DNA of 64,000 bases from an uncultured Halobacteriales archaeon (GCA_964471665.1 CAYYHG010000002.1:3748-67747), one strand, 5' to 3'. Shown: positions 10,140 through 21,322, counted from the stretch's first letter. Numbers and translations are program-made. Notes: a model not told the origin generated them from the sequence alone.

Positions 10140-10691
10140 TCAGTACTCGATCCCAGCCCGGGGGCCGACGCCCCGGCGGAACGGGTGTTTGATATCGCCC
10201 ATGTACGTGACGTACTCGGCGGCGTCGACGAGCGCGGCCGGCGCGTCGCGGCCAGTGAACACGAGTTCGACTGTCTCCTCGGCCGCGTGGATGATATCGA
10301 CAAGTCGGTCGGCGTCGGCTATCTCGAGGTCGTACAGCGTCAGTATCTCGTCTAAGACGAGGAGATCGACCGCTCCCTCGGCGCCGGCAGCTGCCGCCTG
10401 CTCCAGTGCGTCCTCGAGTCGCTCCCGTTCGTCAGTCGTGAGATCCTCGATCGTCGGTGCGTGCCCGGCGGGGAACTGTTCGACGTCGATGCCGGCAGTC
10501 TCCCGGAACCGCTTGACCTCGCCGTACTGGTCGTACATTTCCTCGGCGCCTTTCATGAACTGCAGGACCGACACCGACAGCCCGTGGCCCGCCGCGCGGA
10601 CCGCCAGTCCCATCGCTGCTGTCGACTTTCCTTTGCCGGGGCCGTAGTAGAGGTGGACCAGTCCGTCCCGCCGATCGGTCGTCTCGGGCAT
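10140..10691 (-). CDS. cobA: Cob(I)yrinic acid a,c-diamide / corrinoid adenosyltransferase (CobA/BtuR type)
   Basis: Track ORF 10140..11348 trimmed to the ATG at 10691 (MPETTDRRDGLVHLYYGPGKGKSTAAMG). P-loop GPGKGKST, LQFMKG, LVLDEI, and C-terminal GIEY, all typical of this family. Confidence 0.85.
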   Translation of the reverse strand: MPETTDRRDGLVHLYYGPGKGKSTAAMGLAVRAAGHGLSVSVLQFMKGAEEMYDQYGEVKRFRETAGIDVEQFPAGHAPTIEDLTTDERERLEDALEQAAAAGAEGAVDLLVLDEILTLYDLEIADADRLVDIIHAAEETVELVFTGRDAPAALVDAAEYVTYMGDIKHPFRRGVGPRAGIEY

Positions 10692-10777
10692 ACGGACGGT
10701 ACCGGACGCCGATACAAAGCGACGTCGAATCACTGTCCGCCAGGCGAGCGATTCGGGAGCACCCTGGACCGTCCCAC

Positions 10778-11272
10778 TCACCCGGACGAACCGGACCGCC
10801 TGTAGACGTTCTCGGTGTAGGTCTCCCCGCCGATCGTGGTCTCTCCCTCGTCGATCTTCTCGAAGCCGGCGTTCCGGTAGAAGTCGTTGCCGGCCTCGTT
10901 GTCGGCCAGCACCATCGCCTGGATGCGGTCCGAGCCCCGCTGCAGGAGCGAATCGCGCAGGGCCGCGAGCAACTGGCCGCCGATTCCCCCACCCCGGTGG
11001 TCGGGGTCGACGTAGACCCGGAGGATGTGTCCCGTCCGCCGCGCCCAGACGCCGTGAGCGAAGCCGACCACCCGGCCGTCCGCTTTCGCGACGAGCACCA
11101 GAGCGTCCTCGTTTGCGATTTCGTCGCGGATGCGCTCCTCGTCGTACCAGTCGTTGACCACGTCCGCGACGTTCTCCCGGTGGAGAATGTCCGGGTAGTC
11201 GCTCTCCCAGGAGTGCTCTGCGACCCGTCTGATCGCGGACACGTCGTCGTCGGTGGCGCGTCTGACGCTCAT
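10778..11272 (-). CDS. GNAT-family N-acetyltransferase
   Basis: ATG at 11272 (MSVRRATDDD). Acetyl-CoA binding motif RGGGIGGQLL; C-terminal NEAGNDFYRNAGF. Confidence 0.85.
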   Translation of the reverse strand: MSVRRATDDDVSAIRRVAEHSWESDYPDILHRENVADVVNDWYDEERIRDEIANEDALVLVAKADGRVVGFAHGVWARRTGHILRVYVDPDHRGGGIGGQLLAALRDSLLQRGSDRIQAMVLADNEAGNDFYRNAGFEKIDEGETTIGGETYTENVYRRSGSSG

Positions 11273-11398
11273 GTGTGTACTGGAAACGTATACCACGCCG
11301 CGTATTTATACTTGTGCCGCCAGCGCGACCGACGCCGGCAGCGCTCATCCGGACGGGACAACCGGAACGGCTATTTCACCGGCCGACGACCGTCGACC

Positions 11399-12292
11399 AT
11401 GGTCACGTTCCAGGTCGCCGACGGCGTCTACGGTATCGACGTCGGACTGTTCGACACGGAGGTCCTGTCGGTCTACCTCTTCGACGACGACGAACCGACA
11501 CTCGTCGACGCGGGGACAGCCGCCGGCACGGACCGGATCCTCGCGGGAATGGCCGAGTGTGGCGTCGATCCCGGCGACCTCTCGAACGTCGTCCTGTCGC
11601 ACGTCCACGCCGACCACACCGGCGCCGCGAGCGCACTCGTCGAGGCGGCGCCCGACGTGGACGTCTACATCCACGAGATGACAGCCCCTCACGTGATCGA
11701 TCCGACGGAGTTGATCGAGAGCAGCAGGCGCGCGATGGGCGAGCACTACGACCTGATGGGCGAGCAGGGACCGGTCCCAGAGGAGAACGTCGTCCCGGTG
11801 ACTGACGACGGTCTCGACATCGAGACCGGCGCGCACACGCTGCGGCTGATCCACGCGCCGGGACACTCGCCCGACCACTTCGCAGTCTGGAACCCCGAAC
11901 GCCGGGTGCTGTTCGCCGCCGAGTGTCTCGGCCTGTACTTCCCGCGGGCCGACCAGTGGTCGCCGCCGTCGACGCTCCCGAACTTCGACGCCGGCGTCGT
12001 CGGGACCTCCATCGCCGACCTCCGGGCTCTCGACCCCGAGGAAATCCTCTTTCCCCACTTCGGCGTCTGGCCCGACAAACCCGAGGCGGCCTTCGAGACT
12101 GCCGTCTCCGAACTGTCCCGGTTCGGCGACTGGATCCTGGACCGCCACGACGCGACCGGATCGACCGAAGCCACCGTCGAGGCGGTTGCCCGAACTCTGC
12201 TCGACCTCTCGCCTCCCTACGATCCTCTCGCCGGATCGTTCTACGCGGAGATCGTCACGAAAGGATATCTCAAACAGTACGAACTGCTGTGA
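11399..12292 (+). CDS. MBL-fold metallo-hydrolase
   Basis: Track ORF 10997..12292 trimmed to the ATG at 11399 (MVTFQVADGVYGIDV). Metallo-beta-lactamase motif SHVHADHTG, and later HAPGHSPDH. Confidence 0.85.
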   Translation: MVTFQVADGVYGIDVGLFDTEVLSVYLFDDDEPTLVDAGTAAGTDRILAGMAECGVDPGDLSNVVLSHVHADHTGAASALVEAAPDVDVYIHEMTAPHVIDPTELIESSRRAMGEHYDLMGEQGPVPEENVVPVTDDGLDIETGAHTLRLIHAPGHSPDHFAVWNPERRVLFAAECLGLYFPRADQWSPPSTLPNFDAGVVGTSIADLRALDPEEILFPHFGVWPDKPEAAFETAVSELSRFGDWILDRHDATGSTEATVEAVARTLLDLSPPYDPLAGSFYAEIVTKGYLKQYELL

Positions 12293-12547
12293 GTCATACA
12301 TCTGTAATACATCTTTGGTACGCACTCTGCGATCTCTCCGGTCATGTTTGGATTGCAAGTGCGGTAAAATATACTTTTGTTACACATAATACTTAGAGAG
12401 TACATTGGCACTTTTCGACGGGAACAGCCATCGCGGGTGTCTGCCGGTCGAGTCGGATCGGGCACGCGGAGCACCTCTCGGCGGGGCCGTGCCGGCCCGG
12501 TCACCCAAAGTAGTAAGTGACCACTTCCTCTACCAGAGTGTACGGAT

Positions 12548-13162
12548 ATGGCGGAAAACGAGAGGGCACCCAACAGACGGTACAAAATCGGGAGAGTGCT
12601 GGCGGAGTACGACCTGCTGGATCTGCACGCGTCGTTGCCGGAGCGCTGGCTCGGGGAGAACGGAGAGGCGATGAGCCTGCGGGGACTCGCCGACCACATC
12701 AACGTCGCCGTCCTCCAGCAGGCCATGGAGGGGGCCGGCGTCGATCCGCTGGAGGGCGAGGCCGAGAACGCCTACAGACTGCTCACCGACGACGAGGTCA
12801 GCGTCGGCGTCAGGACCCAGCAGCGCAACCGCCTCGAACGCGAGGGTGTCGACGTCGACGCCCTCGAGGACGATTTCGTGACTCACCAGGCCGTCCACAC
12901 GTACCTGCGGGAGGTGCTGGACGTCTCGAAAGAGCGCGGCGACGACGCGGACCCGGTCGAGAAACACGAACAGCGCGTCCAGCGGCTCCGCTCGCGGACC
13001 GAGGCCGTCACGGAAAACTCCCTCTCGGAACTGAGAAGCGCCGGCGACCTCACCCTGGGCGAACACAACGTCGTCGTCGACCTCCAGGTCTTCTGCCGGG
13101 ACTGTGGCTCCCAGTTCGACGTCGCCGACCTGTTTCGCCGGGGTGGGTGTGACTGCCAGTAG
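12548..13162 (+). CDS. rdfA: Rod-determining factor RdfA-like protein
   Basis: 204-aa acidic ORF (MAENERAPNRRYKIGRVLAEYDLLDL...) ending in the Cys cluster FCRDCGSQFDVADLFRRGGCDCQ. Lies immediately upstream of an archaea-specific SMC-like gene, the arrangement described for Haloferax volcanii rdfA-sph3. Recognised from memory, not searched. Confidence 0.65.
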   Translation: MAENERAPNRRYKIGRVLAEYDLLDLHASLPERWLGENGEAMSLRGLADHINVAVLQQAMEGAGVDPLEGEAENAYRLLTDDEVSVGVRTQQRNRLEREGVDVDALEDDFVTHQAVHTYLREVLDVSKERGDDADPVEKHEQRVQRLRSRTEAVTENSLSELRSAGDLTLGEHNVVVDLQVFCRDCGSQFDVADLFRRGGCDCQ

Positions 13163-13226
13163 GATCCGGACGCGCGGCCGCTGTGACACCAGTATGTCTG
13201 TAACGCGCGCTCCGCCCCTGACAATC

Positions 13227-13232
13227 TTTATA
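13227..13232 (+). promoter_or_regulatory. Candidate TATA box (TTTATA) for a leaderless sph3-like transcript
   Basis: TTTATA lies 23-28 nt upstream of the ATG at 13255. This spacing fits haloarchaeal leaderless mRNAs. There is no transcript evidence. Confidence 0.35.
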
Positions 13233-13254
13233 CCCGAGAACGGACAGGGTGTGG

Positions 13255-15207
13255 ATGATGGCATCTGCCGAAACTGAGCAAGCACAGGTTTCTCTCACCG
13301 CCGAGAACGTCGGGGGCATCGAACGGACCGAGGTGGGGTTCGAACCGGGCGTGACGATCCTGGTCGGACGGAACGCGACCCACCGGACGTCGCTGTTGCA
13401 GGCGATCATGGCCGGCCTGGGGAGCGAGCGTGCGTCCCTGAAAGGCGACGCCGAGGAGGGCCGCGTCGAGGTGCAGATCGGCGACGACCTCTACACGCGG
13501 ACCCTCCACAGGCAGGGGGAAGGCGTCGCCTTCGACGGGGATCCGTACCTCGACGATCCAGAACTGGCCGATCTCTTCGCGTTTCTCCTCGAATCGAACG
13601 AGGCTCGCCGGACTGTCGCGCTCGGGGGCAACCTGCGCGAGATCATCATGGAACCGATCGACGCCGAGTCGATCCAGGCGGATATCGAGCGTCTGGAGGC
13701 CGAGAAGCGGGACGTCGAGGAGGCAATCGGCGACCTCGAATCGCTGAAGACGGAACTCCCAGAGCTGGAACAGGAGCGGACCCGTCTGGAGTCGGAGATC
13801 GAGGCAAAGCGCGAAACGTTCCAGGAGAAGCGATCGGAACTCGAGGACCTGTCGGACGACGCCCCCGAACTGCGGGAGGACGAATCAGAACTGGAGGCGA
13901 AGATGGCACAGCTCCAGCGGGCCCGGTCCGACATGGAACAGACCGAGTTCCGGCTGGACAGCCAGCAGGACAGCCTCGAAACCCTCGAGACAGAACTGGC
14001 CGCCCTCGAAGAGCAACAGGCCGACGTCGCCGACGACGAAGCGGCGGATCTGGACTCGGTCCACTCCGAGATCGACCGCCTGCAGGAACGCAAGCGGGAA
14101 CTCGACTCGGAGCTGACGAAACTCCAGAGCGTCATCCAGTTCAACGAGGAGATGCTCGACGGGGCGAGCCGGGACATCGCGGCCGCGCTGCGCGGCGAGG
14201 ACGACGACGAGTCGGTGACCGACCAGCTTCTCGAAACGACCGAGTCGGTCGTCTGCTGGACCTGCGGGACGGAGGTCGAGGGCGACCGCATCGAGGAGAC
14301 CATCGAGCGACTGCGGGGTCTCCGGGAGTCGAAGTTCAGCGACCAGAGCGAGATCGAGTCCCGCCTGGCGGAGTTCAAGGAACGCCGCTCGGAGATCGAA
14401 TCCCGGCAGCACGAACGGAAACGCATCGAACAGAAAATCGACGAGGTCCGCGCCGAGATCGAGGAACGCGAGGCGAAAATTGCCGACCTCGAAGCCGAAC
14501 GCGAGGACCGCAAACACGAGATCGAGAGTTTGCGGGACGAAATCGAGGACCTCGAGGCACAGGACCGGTCCGAGGTGCTGGACGCACACAAGGCGGTCAA
14601 CGAACTCGAGATCGAACTCGAGCGTCTCGAGGACGAGCGCGACCGCGTTGTCTCGAACATCGAGGAACTCGAGGCGCGCACGGCCGAGATAGAGGCCTAC
14701 GAGGCCCGGAAAGCGGAGATCAACGACGAATTGACCGACCTCCGGACGCGCATCGACAAGATCGAACAGCAGGCCGTCGAGGAGTTCAACGACCACATGG
14801 ACACCGTGCTTGACATCCTCAACTACACGAACCTCGACCGGATCTGGGTCGAGCGCACCGAACGCGAGGTCCGCGAAGGACGCCGGACCGTCTCGGAGAC
14901 TGTCTTCGAGTTGCACGTCGTCCGCAGCACCGACAACGGCGTCACCTACGAGGACGCGTTCGAACACCTGAGTGAGAGCGAACGCGAGGTCACGGGACTC
15001 GTGTTCGCCCTGGCCGGCTACCTCGCACACGAGGTCTACGAGGAGGTCCCCTTCATCCTGCTCGACTCTCTGGAAGCGATCGACTCCGACCGCATCGCAA
15101 CGCTCGTCGAGTACATGCAGGGCCACGCCGACTACCTCGTCGCCGCGCTCCTCCCCGAGGACGCCGCCGCACTCGACGACGCCTACCAGCGGATCACCGA
15201 CATCTGA
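13255..15207 (+). CDS. sph3: Archaea-specific SMC-related coiled-coil protein (Sph3-like)
   Basis: Track ORF 13249 (GTG); ATGs at 13255 and 13258. N-terminal head with the P-loop-like GRNATHRTS. About 350 aa of Glu/Arg/Leu-rich coiled coil with a central CWTC (14254-14265). C-terminal head with LSESEREV and FILLDSLEAID. Confidence 0.75.
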   Translation: MMASAETEQAQVSLTAENVGGIERTEVGFEPGVTILVGRNATHRTSLLQAIMAGLGSERASLKGDAEEGRVEVQIGDDLYTRTLHRQGEGVAFDGDPYLDDPELADLFAFLLESNEARRTVALGGNLREIIMEPIDAESIQADIERLEAEKRDVEEAIGDLESLKTELPELEQERTRLESEIEAKRETFQEKRSELEDLSDDAPELREDESELEAKMAQLQRARSDMEQTEFRLDSQQDSLETLETELAALEEQQADVADDEAADLDSVHSEIDRLQERKRELDSELTKLQSVIQFNEEMLDGASRDIAAALRGEDDDESVTDQLLETTESVVCWTCGTEVEGDRIEETIERLRGLRESKFSDQSEIESRLAEFKERRSEIESRQHERKRIEQKIDEVRAEIEEREAKIADLEAEREDRKHEIESLRDEIEDLEAQDRSEVLDAHKAVNELEIELERLEDERDRVVSNIEELEARTAEIEAYEARKAEINDELTDLRTRIDKIEQQAVEEFNDHMDTVLDILNYTNLDRIWVERTEREVREGRRTVSETVFELHVVRSTDNGVTYEDAFEHLSESEREVTGLVFALAGYLAHEVYEEVPFILLDSLEAIDSDRIATLVEYMQGHADYLVAALLPEDAAALDDAYQRITDI

Positions 15208-15363
15208 GGGCTGCCGGTTCCTCCCGGGTCCGTCTCCCGTTCGAACAGTTCGAATGCGGGTGGCGAAACTGCCCACGTTATCCAGGTGCCGTGTCTGCCC
15301 GACCGTCGTGACCCCGTTTCCACACCGCGACTGGCGTTCGATCTGTTCGAACAGACTGTGGGG

Positions 15364-16114
15364 TCACTCGACGGATCCGACGCCGAGGTGTCGGTCGAGT
15401 ATCTCCTCGTTCTCCCGGACGGCCCCGGCAGGACCCTCGTGGACGATTCGGCCTTTCTCCAGGATGTAGGTGTACTCCGAGACGTCCAGTGCGACGGGGA
15501 TGTTCTGTTCGACGAGCAGGACGGTGATCCCCTCGTCGTTCAACTCGCGGATGATGTCCTCGATGTCGCGGACGATGTAGGGGGCGAGTCCCTCTGTCGG
15601 TTCGTCGAGCAACAGTAATTCTGGATCGGCGACGAGCGCCCGCGCGATGGCGAGCATCTGCTGTTCGCCCCCCGAGAGGACCGACCCGTAACTCCCCTCG
15701 CGTTCCTGCAGGTTCTCGAAGGTCTCGAGGACCTCGTCGACGGAACTGTTCCCACCGGATCCCAGCCGTCCCATCTCGATGTTCTCGCGGACGCTGAGTC
15801 CCGGGAACACGCGCCGGTCCTCGGGGACGAAGGTGACGCCCCGCTGGATGGTCTGCTCGGTCGGCAGATCGGTGACGTCCTCGCCGTCGAAGGTGATGGT
15901 GCCGGCGGTCGGCGTCACGTTGCCGACGATCGACCGGAGCGTGGTCGTCTTGCCGACGCCGTTGCGCCCCACCAGGGAGACGACCGACCCGTCCTCGACA
16001 GCCAGGTCGACGCCCCGCAGGACCTCGGTGAGGTCGTAGCCGGCGCGCACTCCCTCGAGAGAGAGGAGGGGATCGCTCACCGGCGACCCACCACCAGGGA
16101 CGTAGACGGGGCGG

Positions 16115-16128
<14 letters not shown>
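15364..16128 (-). CDS. ABC transporter ATP-binding protein (LivF type)
   Basis: Walker A GRNGVGKTT, signature LSGGEQQML, Walker B LLLLDEP. Overlaps the upstream ATPase gene by 14 nt; the true start may be slightly downstream. Confidence 0.85.
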
Positions 16129-16871
<743 letters not shown>

Positions 16872-16879
<8 letters not shown>

Positions 16880-18857
16880 CCGCGTTCACCTCGGCTTCGT
16901 CGACGCCGAGCGGCGGGTCGCCCTCCTCGGACTCACGGCGCTCGGCCAGGAGCGACGGGACCGACACCAGTCCCCGGGGGACGAACAGGACAAACAGCAC
17001 GAAGACGGCACCGATGAGCGTCCGCCACTGCTCGGTGTACGACGAGAGGGCGTCCTCGGCGCCGATGAAGACGCCGGCGCCGATCATCGGTCCGAAGAGC
17101 GTCCCCATCCCGCCGAGCAGGGTCATCACGATGACCTCCCCGGAGTTGATCCAGTGGAGCGTCTGGTCGGGAGAGATGACGAACGTGTCGGGGTTGACAG
17201 CCAGCAGGCCGCCGGCCAGGCCCGCGAGGCCGCCGCTGATGACGAACGCGCGGCGCTTGTACCTGGTGACGTCGTACCCGACGAACTCCGCGCGCTCGTC
17301 GCTCTCGCCGATCGACTGGAGAACGCTCCCGAAGGGGGCGTTCATGAACCGCCGCGCCAGCAACAGTGCCCCGACCGCCAGCGCCAGCGCGACGTAGTAG
17401 AAGACCATCGAGGACCCGACCGTCAGGCCGGCGAGGGACAGTTCGATTTCGGAGAGGGGAGCGCCCACACCCGCGAGACCCAGAAGAGCGTCGAACCCGA
17501 GCAGCCCGTCGCTGCCGCCGGTGAACTCGAACTTGAAGGCCGCGCTGTAGAACAGTTCGGCGAAGGCGAGCGTGATCATCGCGAAGTAGACACCGGAGAC
17601 ACGGATCGAGAGACTCCCCACGACCCACGCCAGCGCGGCGGGAACGAGAACGGCAGCGAGCAGCGCGATCAGAAACGAAGGCGAGAGGTGCAGGAGGACG
17701 AGCGCGCCGGTGTAGGCGCCGACGCCGAAGAACATCGCGTGGCCCAGCGAGACCAGCCCCGCAGAACCCATCACGAAATCCAGCGAGAGCGCGAAGATTG
17801 CCCACACGAGCACCGTGTTCGCCAGCGTGACGTAGAAGCCGTTGTCTGTCACTGCCGCGACGACGGGGAAGACGCCGAGTCCGGCGACTGCGAGGACACC
17901 GAGCCGCCACCGGGTGGAGGCGGTGAACACCCCGCCGTAGGCGCCAACCAGGAGTTCGCCCTCCTCGCTGCCGCCGGTCTGCCACTCGGGATTCCCGAAC
18001 AGTCCCTGGGGTCTGACCAGCAACACGCCGATCATCAGAAGGAAGATCGTCAACCCCTCGAAGACGGGGAGGTAGGTCCTGATCAGTGTCTGGACGATCC
18101 CCACGAGAAGTCCCCCGAAGACCGCGCCACGGAAACTGCCCAGACCGCCGAGGACGACGATGATGAACGCGGGGATGATGACAGCGTTGCCCATGTTGGG
18201 GTTGACGTTCTGGTACCCACCGAGAACGATCCCGCCGACCGCGGCGAGGGCGGCCCCGAACCCGAACACGAGCGTGTAGTAGCGGTCGATGTCGATCCCG
18301 ACGTTGCGGACCATCTCGCGGTCCTGGGAACCCGCGCGGACGATCATGCCGTACCTCGTCCGGTCGAGAACGAGCCAGGTTCCCGCCGCCAGCAACGCCG
18401 CAAAGCCGATCATGAAGAGGTTGTACAGCGCGATCCGGACGCCGAAGGCGCCGACGGGCTGGGAGAGGACGCCGGGGACGGCCAGTTGCTGTTGTTGCTG
18501 GCCCCAGCCAAAGCGGATGACGTCGTTGATGACGAGCACGAGCCCGAAGGTCAGCAGGATGTGATAGAGGGGATTGCGCCCGTAGAGGGGACGGACGGTG
18601 AGCCGTTCGATTGCCGCCCCGACGACGCCGACGATCAGCGGCGCGACGACGAGCGCGACCGGGAACCCGAGGTTCGCACCCAGGGGGTCGACGATACTCA
18701 GCGCGAAATAGGCGCCCAGTGCGAACAGCTCGCCGTGCGAGAAATTGATGACGTCCATCACCCCGAAGATGATCGACAGCCCCGCCGCCAGCAGGACGTA
18801 GACCATCCCCAGGGTGACGCCGTTGAGCAACTGTTCGACGACGTTGGCGACGGACAT
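16872..18857 (-). CDS. Fused branched-chain amino acid ABC transporter permease (LivH-like N-half plus LivM-like C-half)
   Basis: 661-aa multi-TM ORF. The N-half has INFSHGE and GGLGSFRGAVFGG (LivH-like). The C-half has GSAGLVSLGHAMFFG and LGGMGTLFGPMIGA (LivM-like). Confidence 0.85.
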
Positions 18858-18866
18858 ACCAGGAGG

Positions 18867-20204
18867 TCAGCCCATCTGACAGCCGAGTTCGCTCGCCGGC
18901 GGGAGGGCCGCCTCGCCGTCGGTCCTGTCGAGCAACTCGACCGCCGCGAGGTCGCCCTCGCCCCCGACCAGCTCGCTCATCCACGTGGGATTGGTGGCCT
19001 GGTGGTCGCCCGCCCGGAGTGTGACGTCGCCCAGCACGGTGGTGAAGGTGCCCCCCTCGAGGGCGTCCCGGGCGTCCGCGGGGTCGGTACTGCCGGCCTC
19101 CTGTATTCCCTTTGCGACGAGCCGCATCGAGTCGTAGCCGACCCGCTCGAAGTTGTCCGGCGTGCCGTCGTACTCGCTCTCGAAGGCGTCGACGAACTGC
19201 TGGTTGTCGCCCGTCTCGAGCGTGGCGTTGTACCGGACGCCGCCGAAGGTCCCGACGGCGTTTTGCTGGGTCGCTCCGCGAACGACCAGGAACGACATCG
19301 TCGGCCCCACGAGGGCCACGTCGTCTTTCAGCCCCTGTTCGGCGGCCTGGTTGACGAAGTTGATGAGGTCCCCGCCCGTCATCCCGAGGACGACCGCGTC
19401 GGCCCCGGAGTTGCCGATCTGGGTGATAAAGGAGCCGTAGTTCGACGACCCCAGTTCCGACCGCGTGACGTCGACCTCGGTGAACCCCTCGTTGGCGTCC
19501 TGCATCCGCGAGCGCGTGCGGTTGTACACCGACTCCCCGTAGGCGTAGTCGGCGATGTGGAACCAGACGTTCGTCCCGAGGTTGTTGACCGTGTATGCGG
19601 AGATTGCCTCGGCGATCTGTGCGGTGTTGGTCTCGGCGCGGAACACCCACTCGTTGCACGCCTCGCCGGTGATCGGGACTGCCGCACCGCCGGGGAAGTA
19701 AACGAACTCCTCCTGGGCAGCGAACTCGTTGAGCGACAGCGCCACCGAACTGGAGATGGCCCCGAACAGGTACTGTGCGCCGTCCTGCTGGACGACCTTC
19801 TGTGCGCTCTGCTGGGCCGTTCCGGTCTCGGTCCCGGTGTCCTCGAGGACGGCGTCGAGTTCGAGGTCGAACTCGTCGCTGGCGTTGATCTGCTGGACTG
19901 CCAGCTCCGCGCCGCTGCGCTGGCCCGGGCCGAGCGAACTGTAGGCACCAGTCATCGGGTTCAGGACGCCGACTGTCGCCGTCCCCAGGTCCGATGGACT
20001 GCCGTCTGTCGACCCACCGTCACCGTCGTCGCCACCGTCACCGTCTCCGCCGTCGCCACCGTCACCGTCTCCGCCTCCGCCGTCGCCACCGTCTCCGCCG
20101 CCACACCCTGCGAGTCCCACGGCGCCCGCCACCCCGGCGAGGGCGAGAAATCGTCTGCGTGCGCACCTGTGCGTTCCGGACAGTCTCCCCTCCGAGTCGG
20201 GCAT
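18867..20204 (-). CDS. ABC transporter substrate-binding lipoprotein (LivJ-like family)
   Basis: Track ORF 18867..20261 trimmed to the ATG at 20204 (MPDSEGRLSGTHRCARRRFLALAG). Twin-arginine motif, lipobox LAGC, Gly/Asp linker, then a type I periplasmic binding fold. Confidence 0.8.
   Translation of the reverse strand: MPDSEGRLSGTHRCARRRFLALAGVAGAVGLAGCGGGDGGDGGGGDGDGGDGGDGDGGDDGDGGSTDGSPSDLGTATVGVLNPMTGAYSSLGPGQRSGAELAVQQINASDEFDLELDAVLEDTGTETGTAQQSAQKVVQQDGAQYLFGAISSSVALSLNEFAAQEEFVYFPGGAAVPITGEACNEWVFRAETNTAQIAEAISAYTVNNLGTNVWFHIADYAYGESVYNRTRSRMQDANEGFTEVDVTRSELGSSNYGSFITQIGNSGADAVVLGMTGGDLINFVNQAAEQGLKDDVALVGPTMSFLVVRGATQQNAVGTFGGVRYNATLETGDNQQFVDAFESEYDGTPDNFERVGYDSMRLVAKGIQEAGSTDPADARDALEGGTFTTVLGDVTLRAGDHQATNPTWMSELVGGEGDLAAVELLDRTDGEAALPPASELGCQMG
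20015..20102 (-). repeat. Coding low-complexity repeat (Gly/Asp linker) containing a perfect 24-nt tandem duplication
   Basis: gtcgccaccgtcaccgtctccgcc at 20028-20051 is repeated exactly at 20052-20075. Related shorter units follow up to about 20100. Confidence 0.9.
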
Positions 20205-20311
20205 CGTACGCCAGTCATCGTTTCGCATACCTAATAAAGTCTTCTGTGCCCCCGGCCGCACGACCCGGTGACAGCAAAGCTTTTTGTCGTCCTGGGTGCG
20301 CCCTACAGACG

Positions 20312-21271
20312 ATGACAGCGCGCGTACTCGTCACGGGCGGCACCGGCTTTCTCGGATCGTACGTCGCCGCCGACCTCCTCGAACAGGGACACGACGTCGT
20401 CGCCTACGACCTCTCGACGGACGACCGGATCCTCTCGAAACTCGGGGTCGCGGAGGACGTCGAGATACGCCGTGGTGACGTCTCGGAGTCGACTGACGTG
20501 ATCCGGGCGGTCCGCGAGACCGGCGCCACGCGCGTCGTCCACCTCGCTGCACTGTTGACCACCACCGCCCGCGAGAATCCCCGGAGTGCTCTGACTGTCA
20601 ACACCCTCGGAACGAACAACGTCCTCGAGGCCGCGCGGGTCCTCGACGACCAGGTCGAACGCGTCGCGTGGGCCTCCTCGGCGGCCGTGTACGCACCACC
20701 GGACAACTACGACGCCGAGTTCGTCGACGAGGACGCCCTCGTCTACCCCGACACGCTGTACGGCGCGACCAAGACCTACAACGAACACCAGGCCCGCGTC
20801 TATCACGAGGACTACGGCGTCTCCCACGTCGGCCTGCGCCCGACGGTCGCGTACGGTCCCTACCGGGAGACGGGCGGGTCGGCGTTCCTGGCGAACATCG
20901 TCGAGAAGCCCGCACTCGGGGACTCGTTTTCCGTGGCGTACGGCGACCAGGTCATCGACTGGCAACACGCCCGCGACATCGCACAGGCGTTTCGCCGGGC
21001 GGCGTTCGTCTCCGAGGCGGACCTCGGCCAGCGGATCTACAACGTCCGGGGCGAACTGGCGACCGTCCGCGAGGCCGTCGAGACTGTCCGGGAAATCCTG
21101 CCTGACGCCGACCTGAGTGTCTCCAACGAGGGCGAACTCCCCTGGACACAGAACCTCGATATGACCGCCGCCCAGCGTGACCTGGGCTACGAGGTGGAGT
21201 ACGACCTCGAGACGGGCTTCCGGTCGTACATCGACACGCTCCGGGCGGAGCACGGGCTGGAGTCGGTCTGA
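20312..21271 (+). CDS. NAD-dependent epimerase/dehydratase family protein
   Basis: Track ORF 19994..21271 trimmed to the ATG at 20312 (MTARVLVTGGTGFLGSYV). GxxGxxG Rossmann motif and YGATK (YxxxK). Confidence 0.85.
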   Translation: MTARVLVTGGTGFLGSYVAADLLEQGHDVVAYDLSTDDRILSKLGVAEDVEIRRGDVSESTDVIRAVRETGATRVVHLAALLTTTARENPRSALTVNTLGTNNVLEAARVLDDQVERVAWASSAAVYAPPDNYDAEFVDEDALVYPDTLYGATKTYNEHQARVYHEDYGVSHVGLRPTVAYGPYRETGGSAFLANIVEKPALGDSFSVAYGDQVIDWQHARDIAQAFRRAAFVSEADLGQRIYNVRGELATVREAVETVREILPDADLSVSNEGELPWTQNLDMTAAQRDLGYEVEYDLETGFRSYIDTLRAEHGLESV

Positions 21272-21322
21272 CCCTCCGGCGTCGTCCCTACTCGGATCCT
21301 GCGGAGAGAGCCTCGCCGGTCC

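Noticed and set aside
10692-11348. N-terminal extensions of many track ORFs, for example 10140..11348, 10997..12292, 19994..21271, 22013..24115, 27686..29443, 30301..32193, 42766..44022, 49075..50619, 53420..55606, 54871..56154.
   Set aside because: The extensions are Arg/Pro/Gly-rich, overlap neighbouring real genes, and precede an internal ATG/GTG at which the recognisable family N-terminus begins. I trimmed them to that start.
12365-12376. The 12-mer TAAAATATACTT is shared between the rdfA leader and the larB 3' end (45572-45583).
   Set aside because: Both lie in AT-rich patches, where a shared AT-only 12-mer is not very improbable (my rough estimate is about 0.1 expected). The flanks do not align convincingly. 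It is mentioned under the AT-island finding but not treated as a feature.
15330-15360. The palindrome CTGTTCGAACAG and the nearby GTTCGAAC words, between the convergent sph3-like and livF-type genes.
   Set aside because: It is short, lies in a convergent 3'-3' spacer, and is most simply a terminator-region hairpin. Nothing links it to a regulator.
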